Assembly (NCBI GenBank): GCA_038818725.1
Contig: JAWAYL010000005.1
Span: 1-51,128, forward strand
Direction of reading: 5' to 3'
From: Thermoplasmatota archaeon
GTDB taxonomy: Archaea; Thermoplasmatota; E2; UBA202; JdFR-43
Length of the DNA stretch: 51,128 nt
A program made the position numbers and the translations under genes. Of this stretch, positions 29,355-38,378 are shown one piece after another. Under the pieces are notes generated by a model. The model did not search any database, had not been told where the DNA came from, and saw only the letters and a list, made by a program, of their open reading frames with translations. Each line of letters opens with the position of its first letter. Within the stretch, counting starts at the first letter, position 1.

Positions 29355-30677
29355 TCAGCTATCAAATCTATTTAAAGCTATATTTCCCCAGTCATCATAA
29401 TCAAGAAATCCATGACTTCCATCTGAATAGTCAACAAGGCTAAAGGAATAGCGGTAATTCATGCAACTCTTATAATTTCCAAATAGCCAGTATTGCAACT
29501 GCCATGGAAAGCGAGTATGCTCATTATCTATACCAAAATATCCATTCAAACCAAGTTGATGCCCAAGTTCATGCATGAAAAGGCTCGCATGCGAAACAAT
29601 TTGTCTCCCTAGCGAGGGTCTCCATTTCTGAATATAGTAGCTTGCTAGCACAAAAGCATCTCTCTTAAAATTCATCCCGCCCGCGGGGCGGCGCCAGAAT
29701 TCAATCTCATGGCATATTATTGCATAGTGAAAAACACCTTTTCTTGGATTATTAGGCTGATTGTGTAGGAAATATTTTTGATATATTTCATTTAACTCAT
29801 CAAAGTCAAGAGATGAATCATATGGAATTATGTCCATTTTCTCAATTATTCCATTATCTATGAAAAGCATTATATTTTTCTTTGAAAATGAAGAATAAAG
29901 CATTTGAATTGATTTTTCTGGCATTATATGTTTTATTCCATTATATTCTTCCATATAATCAACTTCAATATATATATCCTGCCTAAAAGGATCTGAAAAC
30001 CATTCGCTCAACATATATTCTTCATCATTCTGCAATCCATCATTATCTTCGTCGAGAAAAGAATGATTTTCTGGTAAAAAAGGATTGTAGCCATATTTAT
30101 CTTCCCATTCTATAGCTACGCCATCATTATCATAATCTGTTCCATAATCACTTACATAGGGATTAGTATGATAAATATTTACTTCCTCCCAGTAAGTTAA
30201 TCCATCATTATCATAATCATTATATATTATATCAAACCATATTTCATAATCATATTCATTTATTTTGCCATCACTGCATCCACTTGCGTGCCCATATCCA
30301 TCTTCATCTTTAAGAAAATCATCTCCTCGCCAATTTCCTCTCTTTGTATCTATCTCTATATTTAAAATTCCATCATCAGGCGTAATATATCCTCTTTTTT
30401 CCCCTTCAAATATTTCAATTGAAATGCTTATCTTATCTTTATCATCCTTTATTTTGAATTCTTTCGATGCTCTTATGATTAAATCACATCCATTAAGCTT
30501 TGTTTCCCATTTTTCTCCTTCGACATTTACTATTATTGAAAAATTTGGTTGCTCATCGCTTATATATACTTTCCTTACTCTTTCTATGGTTATTTTCAAC
30601 AAATTTTCACTATCTTTAGATATAACATATGCTGGCGCAACCATCAAAAAAGCAATTATAATTGCTATCTTTTTCAT
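29355..30677 (-). CDS. Secreted zinc metallopeptidase (metzincin-like) with Ca-binding DxDxDG repeats
   Basis: Signal peptide; three DYDNDG/DEDNDG repeats; DIYIEVDYM; FMHELGHQLGL; SCMNY Met-turn. Confidence 0.75.
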   Translation of the reverse strand: MKKIAIIIAFLMVAPAYVISKDSENLLKITIERVRKVYISDEQPNFSIIVNVEGEKWETKLNGCDLIIRASKEFKIKDDKDKISISIEIFEGEKRGYITPDDGILNIEIDTKRGNWRGDDFLKDEDGYGHASGCSDGKINEYDYEIWFDIIYNDYDNDGLTYWEEVNIYHTNPYVSDYGTDYDNDGVAIEWEDKYGYNPFLPENHSFLDEDNDGLQNDEEYMLSEWFSDPFRQDIYIEVDYMEEYNGIKHIMPEKSIQMLYSSFSKKNIMLFIDNGIIEKMDIIPYDSSLDFDELNEIYQKYFLHNQPNNPRKGVFHYAIICHEIEFWRRPAGGMNFKRDAFVLASYYIQKWRPSLGRQIVSHASLFMHELGHQLGLNGYFGIDNEHTRFPWQLQYWLFGNYKSCMNYRYSFSLVDYSDGSHGFLDYDDWGNIALNRFDS

Positions 30678-30716
30678 GTTTTAGAATATAAAATTCAGAT
30701 ATAAAAAATTAACTTG

Positions 30717-31187
30717 CTACTTTTCTTGAATTATCCTTATATTCCTTGCCTCCATTGCATATTTTGCTGGCAATCTTATTGTTATAACATTTGTTCTTCC
30801 TTTTTTTATTTTTTCTACTTTTGCATTACATATTTCATTTCCTTTTCTATCCAATGCTTTTACTATGCTTCCTTTTTCTGGCAAAGGAATAAATTCATAT
30901 GGCATGCTAACTAAAGCTTCATTTCCTTCTATTTTAACTAAAAATATAGCTAAGCCAGGACAAACTTCAATGCATTTTCCGCATCCAATACATTTTTCAT
31001 AATCAATTTCTGGCAACGCATTTATATCTTTCATTGAAATTGCTTTTTTTGGACAAGAATCAACGCATGGATTGCAAGGAATAGACTGGATGCATTCTAT
31101 TATTGCAACTCCTCTTTTCAATTGCTCCTCACTCGGCAATTTCAAATCACTCAATTCAAGGTATCCTTCCTTTTCCCATTTTTTCAT
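30717..31187 (-). CDS. 4Fe-4S ferredoxin-like subunit (PdhF-like) of a dye-linked proline dehydrogenase-type complex
   Basis: C.Q.IPCNPC...CP and C.GC..C...CPGLAIF; PYEF.P.P. Confidence 0.8.
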   Translation of the reverse strand: MKKWEKEGYLELSDLKLPSEEQLKRGVAIIECIQSIPCNPCVDSCPKKAISMKDINALPEIDYEKCIGCGKCIEVCPGLAIFLVKIEGNEALVSMPYEFIPLPEKGSIVKALDRKGNEICNAKVEKIKKGRTNVITIRLPAKYAMEARNIRIIQEK

Positions 31188-32595
31188 AGTAACCACTTAT
31201 AATTTTCTCCTTTGCTTTCCTTGCTCTTTCTCCAAAATATCCTTCTCTAAAAATTTTAAGCTGCGAAGAATATTTTTTAAATTTTTCATCAAAATCTTCT
31301 ATTTTTCTTATGCTGTTTGCACATGCCAAGCCAGCTATTTTTCCTTCAATAATGGCAGTTGATGCTTCCTCAATATTTGATAAATCACCTGCAACATATA
31401 TTCCTTCCTTTGTTGTCTCCATATATTCATTATGCAATGCAACCCAGCCACCAGCTTCATTTATAAATTTTATTTCCGCTCCTGTTTGGGCAACAAGCCT
31501 TACTGAAGGAGTTAAGCCAACTGCTATGCATATAAAATCGCAATCAATATTTTTCTCGCTTCCTTCAATAAATCCCCATTTATCATCTAATTCAGCTATT
31601 ATTGCCCCTTCAACAGCTTCATTTCCATAAGCTTCTTTTATTGAATGCCTTGTATATATTGGAACTCCACACCTCCTTACCTTTGCAGCATGAACAAAAT
31701 ATCCACCGATTTTTTCCATTGCTTCAACAATGCATGCAACCTCAACACCTGCTTGCAAAAGTTGATAAGCAAGAATTAAGCCAACATTTCCAGCTCCAAC
31801 AATAATCCCCTTTCTCCCAGGCTTTACACCATATACATTCATAAGAGTTTGTACTCCTCCCGCCCCATACACGCCTGGCAAATCATTTCCTTCAAATAAA
31901 AGCATGTTTTCCTGAGCTCCTGTTGCAAATATTATTCTTTTTGCTTCTATCTCATAAAATATTTTATCAAGCTTGTTTATGGCGGAAAGAAATTTACAGC
32001 CCCTGTCATAGTATCCAATCACGCTTGTATTTTTAAGCAATCTTATTTTCTTTTCCTCAATTTCATTTCTAAGAATGCTTGCTATTTCAATCCCTCTTTC
32101 GCCTGCTCCTTCCTCCTTGCTCCCGAAAAATTTGTGGGTTTGCTTTATCAGCTGCCCTCCTATGTGAGGATTTTCATCTATTAGAAGCACATCCGCATAT
32201 CTTGATGCCTCAACTGCGGCGCTCATACCCGCTGGTCCAGCCCCAACTATTGCAACTTCACATGATATTTTTTCAATTTTTCCATCTTCATATTCTTTTT
32301 TTGGAATCTCTTTATCATTTTCCTCAACCACCATTCCTTCCCTAACAGGCGTTATACAAGTCCTTATATTTGGCACACCATCAACTTTCATCAAGCAGGA
32401 GGAGCATTTTCCTATTCCACAAAAGAAACCTCTTGCACGCCCTTTTTTACTTCTGCTAAAAATTTTTATTCCATTTGCATATAGGGCGGATGCTATTGTT
32501 TCTCCTTCATAGGCTTTGATTTTTTCACCATTATAGTAAAAATATATTTCTTTCTCTCTTTTAAAATTAAGAATAGGATGCTTTTCTATCCTCAA
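31156..32595 (-). CDS. FAD/NAD oxidoreductase with N-terminal 2Fe-2S domain (proline dehydrogenase / sarcosine oxidase alpha-like)
   Basis: HPIL.F, FC.IG.CSSC.M...RTC, GAGPAG, GGQL.KQTHKFFG, GAGNVG. Confidence 0.85.
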   Translation of the reverse strand: MRIEKHPILNFKREKEIYFYYNGEKIKAYEGETIASALYANGIKIFSRSKKGRARGFFCGIGKCSSCLMKVDGVPNIRTCITPVREGMVVEENDKEIPKKEYEDGKIEKISCEVAIVGAGPAGMSAAVEASRYADVLLIDENPHIGGQLIKQTHKFFGSKEEGAGERGIEIASILRNEIEEKKIRLLKNTSVIGYYDRGCKFLSAINKLDKIFYEIEAKRIIFATGAQENMLLFEGNDLPGVYGAGGVQTLMNVYGVKPGRKGIIVGAGNVGLILAYQLLQAGVEVACIVEAMEKIGGYFVHAAKVRRCGVPIYTRHSIKEAYGNEAVEGAIIAELDDKWGFIEGSEKNIDCDFICIAVGLTPSVRLVAQTGAEIKFINEAGGWVALHNEYMETTKEGIYVAGDLSNIEEASTAIIEGKIAGLACANSIRKIEDFDEKFKKYSSQLKIFREGYFGERARKAKEKIISGYYEKMGKGRIP

Positions 32596-33041
32596 ATTTT
32601 CACCTTTTTAAGAAAATTTTCTATTTTTTTTATAAAAACTGAATTATCAGGAGGATTTTTTCCATCATACTTACTTTCTATCTCACTTATCAAGGCAATC
32701 AATTCCTTATAAATTTTTTTATTTTTCATTATCTCCTTTATTTTATTTACTTTATTTTTAGGAAAAATATCATGAAGCCATGTCTTACTTTCTGGAGAAG
32801 GATGCGTTATATTATATTCCATATTATAGGCAGAGGCAATTATTGCAGAATCAACCATTTTTGTTCCAGCAGCAACTGATTTAAAAAGACTTATAAGTTC
32901 TTTTTCATTTACATGAGGACATTCTTTTTTTAATTCTTCAAGCAAATCACTTGATTGTTTATTCAGTCTTATAATTTTTTTACCATCTTTATATTTCTCT
33001 TCCAGAATTTTTTCTATTTCTTTGTCTATCTCCTTCATCAT
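32592..33041 (-). CDS. Hypothetical protein
   Basis: 149-aa ORF with host-like codon usage; stop overlaps the next start (ATGA). Confidence 0.7.
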   Translation of the reverse strand: MMKEIDKEIEKILEEKYKDGKKIIRLNKQSSDLLEELKKECPHVNEKELISLFKSVAAGTKMVDSAIIASAYNMEYNITHPSPESKTWLHDIFPKNKVNKIKEIMKNKKIYKELIALISEIESKYDGKNPPDNSVFIKKIENFLKKVKI

Positions 33042-33118
33042 AAGGCATATAAAAGAGAAATATAATATTTTTTATTTTGGTAGCGAAATTATTATAGAGT
33101 TGAAATTAATATCTACTC

Positions 33119-35764
33119 ATGAAAGACAAAAAGATTGTTGTGAGTATAAGTGCTTTAGTTGTTGCAACAATTTTTTCTGGATGTATAGAAAGTGTTAAAG
33201 AAGTTGAGGGTTTTGATATAAAAACTGTTGAGCAATTAAGCTCAGAAAGAATTGCTTATGAAATACCTATTGTAGTAGATGATAATCCATTTTATGCACT
33301 TATTGCAACTCCTGCGTCGCTATATTATAATGGTTCTTCCCTACATGTTGCTCCTCTTTTAGTTGAAAATTTTAATAAACCATCTAAAGCGGTGGAAAGA
33401 TTCAAAAAAATTTATCCTGCCAGCTATAGAGAATTTTATGGAATTACAGCAGAAAACTTGTCAATAGAGTTAAGCAAGTTATGGAAAAGAAGCGATGCAA
33501 TTCTGCTTATTGAAGAAAGTGAAAAAGGATATGAACTTGGTGTTGTTGCTGTGCCATTGGCTTGCTATTTAAATATTCCTGTTTTTGTTACAAATAATAC
33601 AGATAGAATAAAAGATGAATTGAAGAGGCTGGGTGTCGAATATACTTTTGTGTGCGGTGATTTGAAAGGATATAAAATAACTTGGCGCTTCCGCGATGTA
33701 GAAGAAATAAATGATTTCATGATAGAATTTCTGAAAAGAAGATTTGGTGGAGTAAATTATATCACAATCACAAACCCAGCGGACACAAGGAGGGCGGAGG
33801 TATTAAACAAAACTACTTATGAATTTGAAAATGAAACGCTATCAACGAATGTTTTGCTGGCTCAATCAATAAATGCGATACTAAATGGATTTGCTCTTTT
33901 TTCATATAATCAATTTTCAATTCCAGATTATAAATATGCACGCCTGAGCATAGATTTAATAAATGAAAATTCAGAATATGTGAGTGAATTGGGAGATGAT
34001 TTAATATTATTAGTTTATAGTCCAGATGATGAAGTGTATGTTTATACTTCAACGGTAGCAGGCTTGCCAGAGGTAAAAGATGGGGATATAGTTGTTGATA
34101 AAGTTCATTATGAAACAATAATATATAACAAACCAGGAGAATATTATACAGAAGTTTTGGGAAGATGGATTGCTTCAACAAGTGGAAAATATAGATTAAA
34201 GATAGATGTTGAAGAATTATCCCATCCCTATGAGCCACTTATGAAAAATCTCTCATCAATGGCTCCATATATAACTTCTTACCATAAGGGAATTATTTTT
34301 GCAAAACCAGAGTTTGCTTTTGCTGGAAACGAAGAAATTGGAATTGAAGGAGTTGTCTATCCTTCAACAAATGAAAGACTTGTTGAGCCATGCAATAAGC
34401 ATGTGCTTGAAATACACAGTCAATTAAATAAAATTCTTTCGAAAATTGCAAATATATCAGATGAAAGAGAATTAAGGAATTACTATGCAAATAATCCAGT
34501 TTATGTTGCAATAATGGCGGATCCAACAATGATTCCAATGTTTTACTATCATAATCCAGATAGCGATAATATAATAGGAGTTCAGCTTCCAAGCGACTTT
34601 ATATACGGAAACATTGATCCGAATCCAAATGATTTGGAAAATGATACCTTTACATATTATCCATTCCAGGAAAATGCTGTTGGAAGAATAACTGGATATG
34701 ATGCTCAAGATTGCTCCGCACTTATTGCAAGAACAATATTTTATAATCATATAATAGATAAACTCGGGGAATGGAAAAATAATGCAACTGTTCAAACCGG
34801 CGCCGGCTTGGAATTTCAATGGATTCCTATTTTAACTCCTCTATCAAATATTCTAAGCGGAGGAAATGAACCAACAAAATGGCCAACAGGAGAAAGTTTA
34901 TTTATAAATAAGAGATTAAGCAAAGATATGGAAGGAGGGGGTTACGAAGTAAAAAGCACTCATCTTTTGGCTTCACAAAGAGAAGGGTTTAAAGATTTGG
35001 CAAGATATACAAGCAGATTTAATATACTTTTCCCCAATTTTATTGAATTTATAAATGGTGAAAGAGTTAAAGGAGGAGAATATCAGAGAAATAGCAATTT
35101 AATTTTCGTATTTAATCATGGCATTTATTATCTTTATGAATCAGGAGATGTTATTCTCGATTCCCTTGGTTTTCCGCCAGTAACATGGGCATCAAGATTT
35201 ATTCCATTTGTTTCAAGCGGACTCACAACCCATGGAGCATATGGAGTGAGATATATTGTGAATGAAGAATATGGACCAAGTGTTATTTTTGTTGAAAGCT
35301 GTATAACTGGAAGAACAGATGGATTGCTTCCTGAAAATTGTTTAAGCCAGGCATATTTACACGCTGGAATGAATGCATATATAGGAGCAACACGTGTAAC
35401 AGCTGATCCTGGCTATATAGAGCCAGGGCTAATTTTCAAAGGATTTGGAGCAAAAGGTTTTGTAAAAGCACTTATAAAATATTTAATAAAAGGAGAATTT
35501 CCAGATCCACATTTTGGAGCAGTAATAGCGGAAGATTTTATCCTTAATTTAAATAATAACGAAACAGTTGGCATTGCTTTAAGAAATGCAAAGAATTCTT
35601 ATCTTCCAAAAGATGCAAATTCAACTTTCTTATGGACCCCTCCTCTTACGAAGGTAAGATATGAAAGTGGGACGTATCTTGATAAAAAATATGTTTGCCT
35701 CAGGGAATTTGTTTTATATGGCGATCCAGCATTCAATCCTTATCAGCCAATAAACAAAGGTTAG
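33119..35764 (+). CDS. Lipoprotein with C25 (gingipain-like) cysteine peptidase domain
   Basis: Lipobox IFSG-C; SD..Y, VGRITG, FNHG, ESC.TG, LYGDPA motifs. Confidence 0.78.
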   Translation: MKDKKIVVSISALVVATIFSGCIESVKEVEGFDIKTVEQLSSERIAYEIPIVVDDNPFYALIATPASLYYNGSSLHVAPLLVENFNKPSKAVERFKKIYPASYREFYGITAENLSIELSKLWKRSDAILLIEESEKGYELGVVAVPLACYLNIPVFVTNNTDRIKDELKRLGVEYTFVCGDLKGYKITWRFRDVEEINDFMIEFLKRRFGGVNYITITNPADTRRAEVLNKTTYEFENETLSTNVLLAQSINAILNGFALFSYNQFSIPDYKYARLSIDLINENSEYVSELGDDLILLVYSPDDEVYVYTSTVAGLPEVKDGDIVVDKVHYETIIYNKPGEYYTEVLGRWIASTSGKYRLKIDVEELSHPYEPLMKNLSSMAPYITSYHKGIIFAKPEFAFAGNEEIGIEGVVYPSTNERLVEPCNKHVLEIHSQLNKILSKIANISDERELRNYYANNPVYVAIMADPTMIPMFYYHNPDSDNIIGVQLPSDFIYGNIDPNPNDLENDTFTYYPFQENAVGRITGYDAQDCSALIARTIFYNHIIDKLGEWKNNATVQTGAGLEFQWIPILTPLSNILSGGNEPTKWPTGESLFINKRLSKDMEGGGYEVKSTHLLASQREGFKDLARYTSRFNILFPNFIEFINGERVKGGEYQRNSNLIFVFNHGIYYLYESGDVILDSLGFPPVTWASRFIPFVSSGLTTHGAYGVRYIVNEEYGPSVIFVESCITGRTDGLLPENCLSQAYLHAGMNAYIGATRVTADPGYIEPGLIFKGFGAKGFVKALIKYLIKGEFPDPHFGAVIAEDFILNLNNNETVGIALRNAKNSYLPKDANSTFLWTPPLTKVRYESGTYLDKKYVCLREFVLYGDPAFNPYQPINKG

Positions 35765-36054
35765 TATTCCCTCCATCTGTTATTGCATTTTGTGCATATA
35801 TAAATTCTTGTCTCTGGCTCGTCTGCCGCCCTTGTCTGACGCAAAATCCAATATGCTTCATTATTCCCGCATTTTGGACATATTATGAGAGTTTTTGGTA
35901 AAAGAGAAAGCTCCTCTTCAATTACAATTGCTTCCCCTTCTCTTCTTTTTGATACAAATCTTTTATCTTCTTTTTTTTGTGAATGGCCGCATTTTCTGCA
36001 ATTTAATTCCTCTCCTTTTGGATACATCAATGAACCACATTTTGGACAAAGCAT
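35761..36054 (-). CDS. tfs: Transcription factor S
   Basis: Two Zn ribbons; QTRAADEPET acidic hairpin. Confidence 0.93.
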   Translation of the reverse strand: MLCPKCGSLMYPKGEELNCRKCGHSQKKEDKRFVSKRREGEAIVIEEELSLLPKTLIICPKCGNNEAYWILRQTRAADEPETRIYICTKCNNRWREY

Positions 36055-36074
36055 GCTTCAGAAGCAATTTTACT

Positions 36075-37535
36075 TTAAATTATTTTCCATTTTGTTTCCT
36101 TTCCTATGTCCTCAATTTCAACTCCTGCTTTTCTCAAATCTTCTCTTATCTCATCAGATAGCTTATAATTTTTATTTTCCCTTGCCTCTTTTCTTATTTC
36201 AATAATTTTTTCTATTATTTTTTCAATCTTTTTTTCTTTTATTCCATATTTTTCAGCAAGCAGGAGCAATGAGCTTTCATCAACCTTTCTTTCTTCCTTA
36301 AATATATTCAATACACTAACAATTCTTAGGAATTCATCAAGTGCGAATCTACAAACCTCTTCCTTTGGTTTTTCTTCCATTAAAAACTTATTCGTAACTT
36401 TTACAAAATTAAATATTTCTTCTATTGCTTTTGGGGTATTGAAATCATCGTCCATTGCTCTTTCAAAATTTATTTTTATATTTTTTATTTCCTTTAGATA
36501 ATTTTTTTCTTCTCTACTTAAATTTTTTCTTCTGATTTTTTTATTCTCTCCTGCAAGCTCCTTCAGCTTTTCTTTCATATAAATGATTCTTTTAAGGGAA
36601 TTTGATGCATTTTCAATTCCTTCCTCGCTGAAATCTGCTTGGCTTCTATAATGATAAGATGCAAAAAAGAATCGCAAATTGTCTGCCCCCCATTCCTTAA
36701 TTGCATCCCTCAAATTTATTATATTTCCTAGAGATTTACTCATTTTCTCTCCCCTTATTTTTAAAAGCCCGCAATGAAGCCAATAATTAACAAATCTCTT
36801 GCCAAAAAATGCCTCTGATTGAGCAATTTCATTTTCATGATGAGGAAATATCAAATCTTCTCCCCCACCATGTATATCAATTGGCACACCAAGATATTTT
36901 GAACTCATAACAGAGCATTCTATATGCCATCCTGGCCTCCCATCGCCCCATGGACTTTGCCATTTTGGCTCATTTGGCTTTGCTGATTTCCAGAGGGCAA
37001 AATCTTCTTTATTTATTTTTCCTTCTCCACTTACTCTCGCCCCCGCTATTATCTGTTGCATATCTTGTCCTGATAAATTTCCATATTTTTCAAACTTTTT
37101 TACACTGAAATAAACATCTCCATCGCTAAGATAAGCATATCCCTCATCAACCAATTTTTTTATAAAATCTATCATCTCTTCTACATGCTCAGTTGCTTTT
37201 GGATAAAAATTTGCATCTCTTATTCCCAATTTTTTCATATCTTCAAAACATCTTTTTGCATAAATATCTGCATATAGTAACGGCGCTATGCCCGCTTTAT
37301 TTGCTGAATCTATTATCTTGTCATCTATATCTGTTATATTCTGAATATAGAATACATCATATCCTTTATATTCAAGATATCTTCTTATTATATCAAAAGC
37401 AACATATGTGCGAGCATGCCCAAGATGAGCATCACTATATGGGGTGATTCCACAAACATACATTCTTACTCTTTTCCCCTCTATTGGAATAAAAATCTCT
37501 TTTTTCTTGGTTAGAGTATTAAATATTTTGAGCAT
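36075..37535 (-). CDS. cysS: Cysteine--tRNA ligase
   Basis: YVCG.T.Y, HLGH, DFALWK, GRPGWHIECS, FPHHENE, KMSKS. Confidence 0.97.
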   Translation of the reverse strand: MLKIFNTLTKKKEIFIPIEGKRVRMYVCGITPYSDAHLGHARTYVAFDIIRRYLEYKGYDVFYIQNITDIDDKIIDSANKAGIAPLLYADIYAKRCFEDMKKLGIRDANFYPKATEHVEEMIDFIKKLVDEGYAYLSDGDVYFSVKKFEKYGNLSGQDMQQIIAGARVSGEGKINKEDFALWKSAKPNEPKWQSPWGDGRPGWHIECSVMSSKYLGVPIDIHGGGEDLIFPHHENEIAQSEAFFGKRFVNYWLHCGLLKIRGEKMSKSLGNIINLRDAIKEWGADNLRFFFASYHYRSQADFSEEGIENASNSLKRIIYMKEKLKELAGENKKIRRKNLSREEKNYLKEIKNIKINFERAMDDDFNTPKAIEEIFNFVKVTNKFLMEEKPKEEVCRFALDEFLRIVSVLNIFKEERKVDESSLLLLAEKYGIKEKKIEKIIEKIIEIRKEARENKNYKLSDEIREDLRKAGVEIEDIGKETKWKII

Positions 37536-37602
37536 GAAAATAAAATAATGGTATTAAAAAAGCTTATGCATTAATCAGAATTTATGAAGTGAAAATTTAG
37601 AT

Positions 37603-37638
37603 TTGCTTTACTAAATCAATTTTGATTTTATAAAGCAA
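37603..37638. promoter_or_regulatory. Imperfect 36-bp palindrome in the divergent cysS intergenic region
   Basis: TTGCTTTA-ct-AAATCAA-tt-TTGATTT-ta-TAAAGCAA. Confidence 0.45.
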
Positions 37639-37670
37639 TTTTGTTAACAGTAAAATTTACATAGTGGTGA

Positions 37671-38334
37671 ATGAAAATGAAAAGAAAAATATGGAGTATA
37701 TTAGTTGTGTTAGGGATTCTTGCCACTTCGGGTATACAAATAAAAGGAGAAAACCTTGAAAATAGTGAAACTGGCGATCAATCAGTAGACATAGCTACTC
37801 CGCTTGCTATCCCTAAGCCAACTCAGAAAGGTGATCTTATATTTGCGGAATGTGTGGGCTTTTATGATATTCCAAATGCAGCTGACCATGTTTCAATATG
37901 GGATAATGATAACCAGAAAATAATTGAAGCAGATCCTTATTACAATGTCTGGAGTGAATATCGTGCTCCTTGGCCACTTATATGAGTTATACAAATCCAA
38001 ATACCACAACTTGGGGGAGAGTAGAGTTTGATACACTCGAGCATGATGCACCATATTATGAGTGGTTCAAGTATTACCATGTTAATGGAGGAAATCCAGA
38101 TGTAGCACTCCAACAGGCTCGCTCATGGGTAGCAGTACTATAGCTACTATTACATATAATAACAGAGTACTTTATCTTGGAGAAGGTTACTACTGCTCAG
38201 AGCTTGTTTGGGCAGCATGGGTAAGAGGTGGGGTAAATTTAGATAGCAATGATAATAATGCGGTTATGCCTCAGGAAATAATAAATGAAAACAATGGAAC
38301 AAAAATAACTTACTATTATACTTATCCACCTTAA
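37671..38334 (+). pseudogene. Frameshifted secreted permuted papain-like NlpC/P60 (YiiX/YebB-like) protein
   Basis: Piece 1 (37671-37985): signal peptide, GDLIF...HV.I...IIEA. Piece 2 (37982-38143): WGRVEFD...ARSWV. Piece 3 (38125-38334): YYCSELVW.AW...GVNLD...V.PQEI. Three different frames. Confidence 0.75.
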
Positions 38335-38378
38335 TTCTTTCCAAAAATTTTTTAAATAAAAACAATATGGAAGACAAA

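Noticed and set aside
37983-37985. TGA as selenocysteine or read-through in the NlpC/P60 gene
   Set aside because: The same frame hits TAG 13 codons later; the plausible continuation is in another frame
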